A DNA stretch of 63,954 nt, the filler included, from Craspedostauros australis (Eukaryota), in the NCBI GenBank assembly GCA_030167865.1. It is 17 parts of 17 records of this genome, joined end to end, with 100 filler letters (N's around TTAATTAATTAA, not from the genome) between each part and the next. Parts side by side here need not be neighbours in the genome. Positions count along the whole stretch, not along the records: positions 57,755 to 59,261 come from JALAGF010002964.1; positions 59,362 to 61,363 come from JALAGF010002965.1; positions 61,464 to 62,815 come from JALAGF010002967.1; positions 62,916 to 63,954 come from JALAGF010002970.1; 13 more parts are not named here. One strand, given 5' to 3'. The translations under genes and the position numbers were made by a program. The notes beneath the pieces are model-generated. The model was not told the DNA's origin. It made no database searches and was given only the letters and a program-made list of their open reading frames with translations. The first letter of the stretch is position 1; the number at the start of each line of letters is the position of its first letter. Positions 58,217-63,954 of this stretch are shown here, piece by piece.

Positions 58217-58323
58217 CATGAAGATCAGCAGCATGTCAGTAGCACACCACATGCAGATCAGCATCATGTCAGTAGCACACCACATGAAGAACAGCATCAT
58301 GTCCGTGGCACACCAGATGAAGA
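58217..58323 (+). repeat. 33-bp tandem repeat, about 3.2 copies (CATGAAGATCAGCAGCATGTCAGTAGCACACCA)
   Basis: Units start at 58217, 58250, 58283 and a partial one at 58316. Confidence 0.85.
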
Positions 58324-58925
58324 GAATTGTGCGAGTGGGACAATGAATGCAAAGTGTGAATACAAAAATGAAGAAAGGAAATTGTGTGACAAGATGGAAA
58401 TCTTGGTCTCATGATTCGCCACCGAGAACAAGAAAACGAGAACAACAACAACAAAACAAAATGAAACAATGGCACAATTTGTGTGAAGCAAGGACTCTGA
58501 ATTGACGGCAAGTGGATTTCTCAACAAGTGTGGTCTCCAGTTTGCGTTTGGAGGTGTTTCGGGTTGGCTGTCTCCTGAGAGGGCGGAAACCTTCCTTTGG
58601 AGGGCAGTTTTCCTTCGGAAGAAGAATTGGCCATCACTGAACCCCCAATCTTCCTCCAGAGGAATGTTCACAAACAACACCGCGAAGCAAACTAACAGGA
58701 ATCACCTCGTTGCCTCCGAAATCGACACAAAGTCTCATAAAACAGATCAATCATCAGATCGGAAACGCCAACAACCAGCCATCAACTAACAACCAGCAAG
58801 CGTTGCCAGGAGACGACAGGCCCCTCTGAGGCCGCAACGAAGAGAAACAGCCCACAAGGTACGCGCACATCACGAAGAAAGGGGATGGAAGCCGAGCTGA
58901 TGCATGAGGAAGAATCGACAACAGA

Positions 58926-58980
58926 CACGCACACGCGCAGATGCACACGCGCAGATGCACACGCGCAGATGCGCACGCAC
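58926..58980 (+). repeat. 14-bp tandem repeat GCACACGCGCAGAT, 3 copies
   Basis: Read directly from the sequence. Confidence 0.85.
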
Positions 58981-61900
58981 ACCTACACAACGGAGAGTGC
59001 ATTCATTTGCAAAACCGACGTCAACACGCACATGAGCCGCGGATAGTGTCGCAGATGATACAGCAGCACTGGTGAAACGGCAGCATGCACCAACGCTCGA
59101 GATGCAAGCTACCTGCGAGTATGAGCACCATACCTACTACGTTCCAGTCAATCTTCGCGGATCGTTGTTCAGCGGTTCTGCGGCCCCTGTCGATGATGAC
59201 CATCTCGTTCAGGATGCCTCGTGTCATGCCGATGCTAGACGCGCGCTGCTTCACATTCCGGNNNNNNNNNNNNNNNNNNNNNNNNNNNNNNNNNNNNNNN
59301 NNNNNTTAATTAATTAANNNNNNNNNNNNNNNNNNNNNNNNNNNNNNNNNNNNNNNNNNNNTGAACACGCATGCCAAGTGATGCATGCGAAAACGGCGAT
59401 CGAGTTGAGAGATGTGAGAGATGTGAGCACCGAAAAAATCATTGAAGTGTCGCGAAAATCAGCGATGATGGCCTCGCTGATGAGTTTTCCCATCAGTCCC
59501 GTCGCCGAAAAAACGATTCACGAGTACTTCGGAGGACGATGGCAACCCGACCGCAGTAAGAAGACCCCTGATTCAGGAAGATCAGAAGAAGCGCCAACTC
59601 CCAAGGATTCCGTTGGTACAAGAAAAGTGGAGGGGTACATGTAAAAGTTGCGGTCAAAAACGGAATGGGGTGAGAATGAAATTTATATTGGATCGAAGTA
59701 ATCCCCTAGGTCATGAAGGGATAATGGATGCTGCACATCACATGCTCACAATCCTTTTGAAAGTCTCATTTGGATTCGTTACAGCTTTAAAGACTAAGAC
59801 ACATTCACACACACAAACTCACCAACCTACTGCACTACCACAGATTGATCACCCTTCGGCGTTCAGTAATTTCACCTTGTTTTCATTATTGTTGTATCAT
59901 AGGGTCTCCTGGGTTCCTCTTGGGAGGTGCCCTGTTGGAGAGCTGGAGGTGGTTGGTGACAGTCATCTTGTAGAGGTCTAAGAGCTTGACAATCTTTTGT
60001 GACTGTTAATCTAATAGAGCCCAAACATAATGGATGTGGTCTTTGTTAGCTTTGTTGTTAGCTTTGGGCAGAGGCTTGATTGGCAAGCAGTCCAAACAAG
60101 AGTCTTCTTATCACAAGTAGGCAATTGAGAATACTGATGATGGGTGAAGAAATGTGCATGTCCTGTGGGGTGCCATCCTCATGGCCTTTAGTCTTGTTCA
60201 TGCATTGGCGTTTTGGCAAGGCGGAAGGATTGGCGGCTGGGTTATTGGAACCCTTCAATTTGCTTGACATGGGTTGCCAAAGATCTGCTTCAATGATCTT
60301 GATCAGTAGCCAAACGTAGGTGGAGAACACTTGGGGGTTTGGGCTGACTGACGGACCATAGGTTGGGGAACTCATAAATGTGATCACTGGAGTGACTACT
60401 AGTTTTGCTGTATTAGAGCCAGCCACAGGATAGTGCTGAACTTGCGCAGCCTTGCGCCATCCATCCCACAAGAACCATTGGGTGGGTATCTACTCGAAGA
60501 CCACCAGGCACAGCTGCAGGGCGTCGCAGAGTGGAATGCCCTTCTCCCACCATCTTGTGTCCAAAGAAGTCCCTGTTGAAATGGTTGTTGTGTGTCGTTT
60601 GTGTGTGCCACTCTCTCTGGTGTCACCTCCCCCTTGTTACTCATTTGCAAGTGCGAGCTCATGAATGATCGAATGCCGTTGTGGCCGATCCTCGCAGTTG
60701 GCATTGCCGTCACAACTCATCCACAAGTGTTGTACCTATGCAAGACAACAGAGACATTGCATTAGCACCGGTTGTCTCCGCGATGTTGATTTGACGCGAT
60801 TTGTTTCGCGGTCTTTGTTCTTGCGATCTTTTCCGATAGGATTCGATCATTGGTGAATACACGCACTCGCGTACGGACGTTGTGTTAGATGATCAAAATT
60901 GTCAACTCTCTGTCTGTCCATCTCTCTGCGGGCCACGTATTTGCAAACTGCCCCGATGTCACAACACAAGATGCAGGTGTAGTTGGGACAGACTTGGTCC
61001 GGGATCCACTCGGGACTCAATCGTCCGCGTTGCGTACACGGTACCTGGTATCCGAACCCGATACTGCCATGAAAGGCTACCGCGCGCATGGTGTATAGTT
61101 GAACCACAATCCATGCTCTGCTCGTCCTCCAGCTCATGCAACTGCGCCACCTGTTCAGCTAACCATCTTGCAAATCCTGCAGGCATCTTGAAGCATATCC
61201 ATACCCGTGGATCAAGTACTGCTCTACGGATGGGGCTACTGAACAGCTGAGTATGCGCAGAACCACCACGACATGTTGCTGTACAACACAAACGGCTCAA
61301 GCACGACAGCATGAACCCTGCCCTTTTACTCGATCGTCCTGTCAACAGTAAGCTTAACACATANNNNNNNNNNNNNNNNNNNNNNNNNNNNNNNNNNNNN
61401 NNNNNNNTTAATTAATTAANNNNNNNNNNNNNNNNNNNNNNNNNNNNNNNNNNNNNNNNNNNNAGAAGAATGACATTGTGTGGGTAGTGGGAGAGTAGAA
61501 GGAAGCACAAGTTGGCCATGACAATGAGGAATGTCCGGACAACACACGATCAGGCAACAGGGTGTAAAAGTCAAAAATGGAGCCACGAATCTGGGTTTTG
61601 CATAAATCAGGATGATTGTGCAAACAACTGACAGGAAGAANNNNNNNNNNNNNNNNNNNNNNNNNNNNNTTTTTGACTTTTGAACTGCTGATTATGGAAG
61701 AAACTGTTGTTGCCTTATCATGGGAAATGCAAAATTACCGTCTTTCCCCCCCCCCCCTGGATGGCCGACGTCCCCTTGTGCCACATCCACTGCCTCCCAA
61801 AGCGGCATGGGCGAAGATGCTCTTGTGAAGACAAGATCTGTGTTGCGGCTTTCTGAATCCTGATCGTTGATGACAAAAAGGAAAACAACATCTGGATGGG

Positions 61901-62278
61901 GTGAGGAGTGGAACGCTCGCCTTCGCGACGGTCGTTTCCCAACGAACGTGCGAACACTGACACGCGTTTTCGTATCTTTGTTTGGCTACTTTGAGTCCTA
62001 TGTGTCGAGGTCACGAGCGAATCAGAACACCTGATGAACATCACATCGCAGAGTATCATCGTAATCGTACTTTTGGAGGGTCCAGTCGATTCAGTCGGCA
62101 CACTTTCGATAAATGTGGCATATCAGTATCTACCGCTTCAGCCAAGACCAACAACATGCTTGGGTTGCAGCGATCGCTGTTGTTGATGTTGTTATTGCTT
62201 GCAAATTGGACCTAGGTGTATACCTTTGCATGATGTAATGCTGTGTTTGTAATGCATAATGTAATAATATCCCAATCC

Positions 62279-62815
62279 TTAATCGATGTCAGTCAGCACA
62301 GAGAGATCATCATCATCGAGGCCCACGGAACCATCCAGACCATCCCCAAGCTCCGATCCGAGCACGAGCGCGTTGCCGTGACCATCTCCACCCTTGCTAC
62401 GATCGGTGAATACGTTAAGCTCGGTGCATCTCGAGGTGATCGCTCCAGTGAAGGTGTCCCGGGTGATCCCGAAGAGGTAGTTGCCATTGCCGTCGGCTGT
62501 GAGGCCCTCTGGACGCTGACGGTTCGGATCATTGAGAGTCTTCAAGTACTTCTTGCGCCGCTGCTTGATATCGGTCACCTTGCTCTTGCCGCCCCACGCC
62601 GCATAGTAGTCAACGGCGTGCACGAAGTAGTCGCCAACCATTTCCTTGGAGCCGTGCTCGATAAAGTGCTCTCCTGCCATCTCATTGGTGAGGGCAGCAT
62701 CATGGATGCAGCCGGCCTTGGTTGCTGCGATGATCGCAAGGTTGTAGGCATGCTGGATCCTGGGGCTCTGCTTGTTCTTGAGGGTGATCGCGAGCTCTTC
62801 TGCCTCCATCATGAG
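62279..62815 (-). CDS. C-terminal TPR-like end of another STAND ATPase-TPR family member, 5' partial
   Basis: AYNLAIIAATKAGCIHDAALTNEMAG...AVDYYAAWGGKSKV aligns with FKDAIDLATSCGFTNDQALANERLS...AIRLYGEWGAMRKV of 12896-16786. Confidence 0.8.
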   Translation of the reverse strand, partial: LMMEAEELAITLKNKQSPRIQHAYNLAIIAATKAGCIHDAALTNEMAGEHFIEHGSKEMVGDYFVHAVDYYAAWGGKSKVTDIKQRRKKYLKTLNDPNRQRPEGLTADGNGNYLFGITRDTFTGAITSRCTELNVFTDRSKGGDGHGNALVLGSELGDGLDGSVGLDDDDLSVLTDID

Positions 62816-63537
62816 NNNNNNNNNNNNNNNNNNNNNNNNNNNNNNNNNNNNNNNNNNNNTTAATTAATTAANNNNNNNNNNNNNNNNNNNNNNNNNNNNN
62901 NNNNNNNNNNNNNNNTCCTGTATGACAATGCGTGTGGGTTGTGTAGCCCAAGTACCGTGGGTCGAGATCCGTCGTCTGGGTTCTGTGAGAGACAATGGGT
63001 GGTGATGCTCGTTGTCGTGGCTTTGGTTCCGTGCGTCGGCGTTTTGGCGATGGTGGGTGTCAGAAACTTGGTTATCGGAACCCCATTGGTTCCCTGACAC
63101 GAATTCCGAAGATCCGCTTCAAGGTTCTGGATCTGTCTCCAAACGTGGGGTNNNNNNNNGTGTCCGTTCGATCTACTGGAATGCTGACGAGTCGGATGAT
63201 TCGTAGTCTCTCTCGCTAAGGTGGTTACTAGTTTAGCTCTATTAGCGATATCTCTCCCTATCAATATGACGGCTATATCTCATAATGTAACGCCATTCGA
63301 CGAGTGCGAGTACGAGAATGACAACCATCCGAGTGATATGCTGCATGAGGAGACTGCGTAGTGCATCGCTTCGTCCAACGTTTCGTCACTCTCTGACTAT
63401 CAGATGCACACTCTATTGTTTATTACTACGTTCTACTTCACTGTAGAGAGTAATGGTGCTCATGCGTACGAGTACATGGTATGGTATGTACTTGTATGGC
63501 GCCACACATAAGTACGTAGCACCGCCCCCATCACCAA

Positions 63538-63954
63538 CTAGTAGAATTTGCTGGCCTTGTTGGTCAAGACTGTGAGTGCCAGCAGACGGAACACCACGAA
63601 CAGCGCGATAAGCACCAGCCAGTACCAGTACGATTCATCGTCGTCGGCCTCAAGCTGGTCGATGGTGTTCTTGCAGTTCTCGAACTCATCCTCACAACCC
63701 TCGAACTCTTCGATCACCAACAGCCGAAGCGCGTATGTCAAGGAACAAAGGTACTGTGCCCACCGCAACCAGGATGGGATGAGCTCTGTGGCAACGAAGA
63801 AGCCTGCGAACAGCATCTGCGGGACGAAGAGGATTGGGAGCATCTCGGTGGCCATCTTGGGATCCTCGACTGCGCTGCCGAGCGTGACTGCCAATGCCGT
63901 GGATGCCATGGACAGAGCGTAGGTGATGATCAAGTACTGACCATAATCCATCTG
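63538..63954 (-). CDS. ABCG (White-family) transporter, C-terminal membrane domain, 5' partial
   Basis: LPILFVPQMLFAGFFVATELIPSWLRWAQYLCSLTYA...LFVVFRLLALTVL (ABC2 membrane). Confidence 0.9.
   Translation of the reverse strand, partial: QMDYGQYLIITYALSMASTALAVTLGSAVEDPKMATEMLPILFVPQMLFAGFFVATELIPSWLRWAQYLCSLTYALRLLVIEEFEGCEDEFENCKNTIDQLEADDDESYWYWLVLIALFVVFRLLALTVLTNKASKFY

Noticed and set aside
58217..58323. 33-bp repeats and the 18-bp array at 50631 as a possible CRISPR array
   Set aside because: Head-to-tail tandem units without unique spacers, no cas genes, eukaryotic context.
17703..62915. Recurring TTAATTAATTAA within N-runs as a repeat array, and ORFs ending in 'LIN'
   Set aside because: Artificial six-frame-stop contig linker; it also means MenE-queA or STAND-STAND adjacency across linkers cannot be treated as a gene cluster.

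Overview
Eukaryotic draft-assembly sequence, almost certainly a diatom (spliceosomal GT-AG introns, CoDi-type Copia retrotransposons, PTSA-repeat secreted protein). It is made of 17 short contigs joined by artificial 100-nt N/TTAATTAATTAA/N linkers, so adjacency across linkers means nothing. Bases 1-40k are gene-rich: the open 5' part of a Copia element, F-box/LRR, argininosuccinate synthase, PEX19, FCF2, a PhyH-like dioxygenase, three STAND ATPase(-TPR) genes, a double fucosyltransferase-like protein, a Cys-rich PTSA-repeat secreted protein, NOP12/RBM34 and a peroxisomal MenE/AAE14-like ligase. Bases 40-64k are mostly TE debris plus a few gene fragments. The standout is an intron-containing four-domain fusion at 36644-39943(-): NMT1/THI5-like binding domain + non-canonical FolD + pterin-4a-carbinolamine dehydratase + bacterial-type QueA (queuosine biosynthesis), facing an inverted copy of the THI5-like domain alone. 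Also notable are a Copia whose PBS position pairs with its own LTR (self-priming signature), an NLR-like STAND family with an inverted, apparently gene-converted pair, and a Helitron-type 3' end. All family assignments come from motif recognition; no searches were run.
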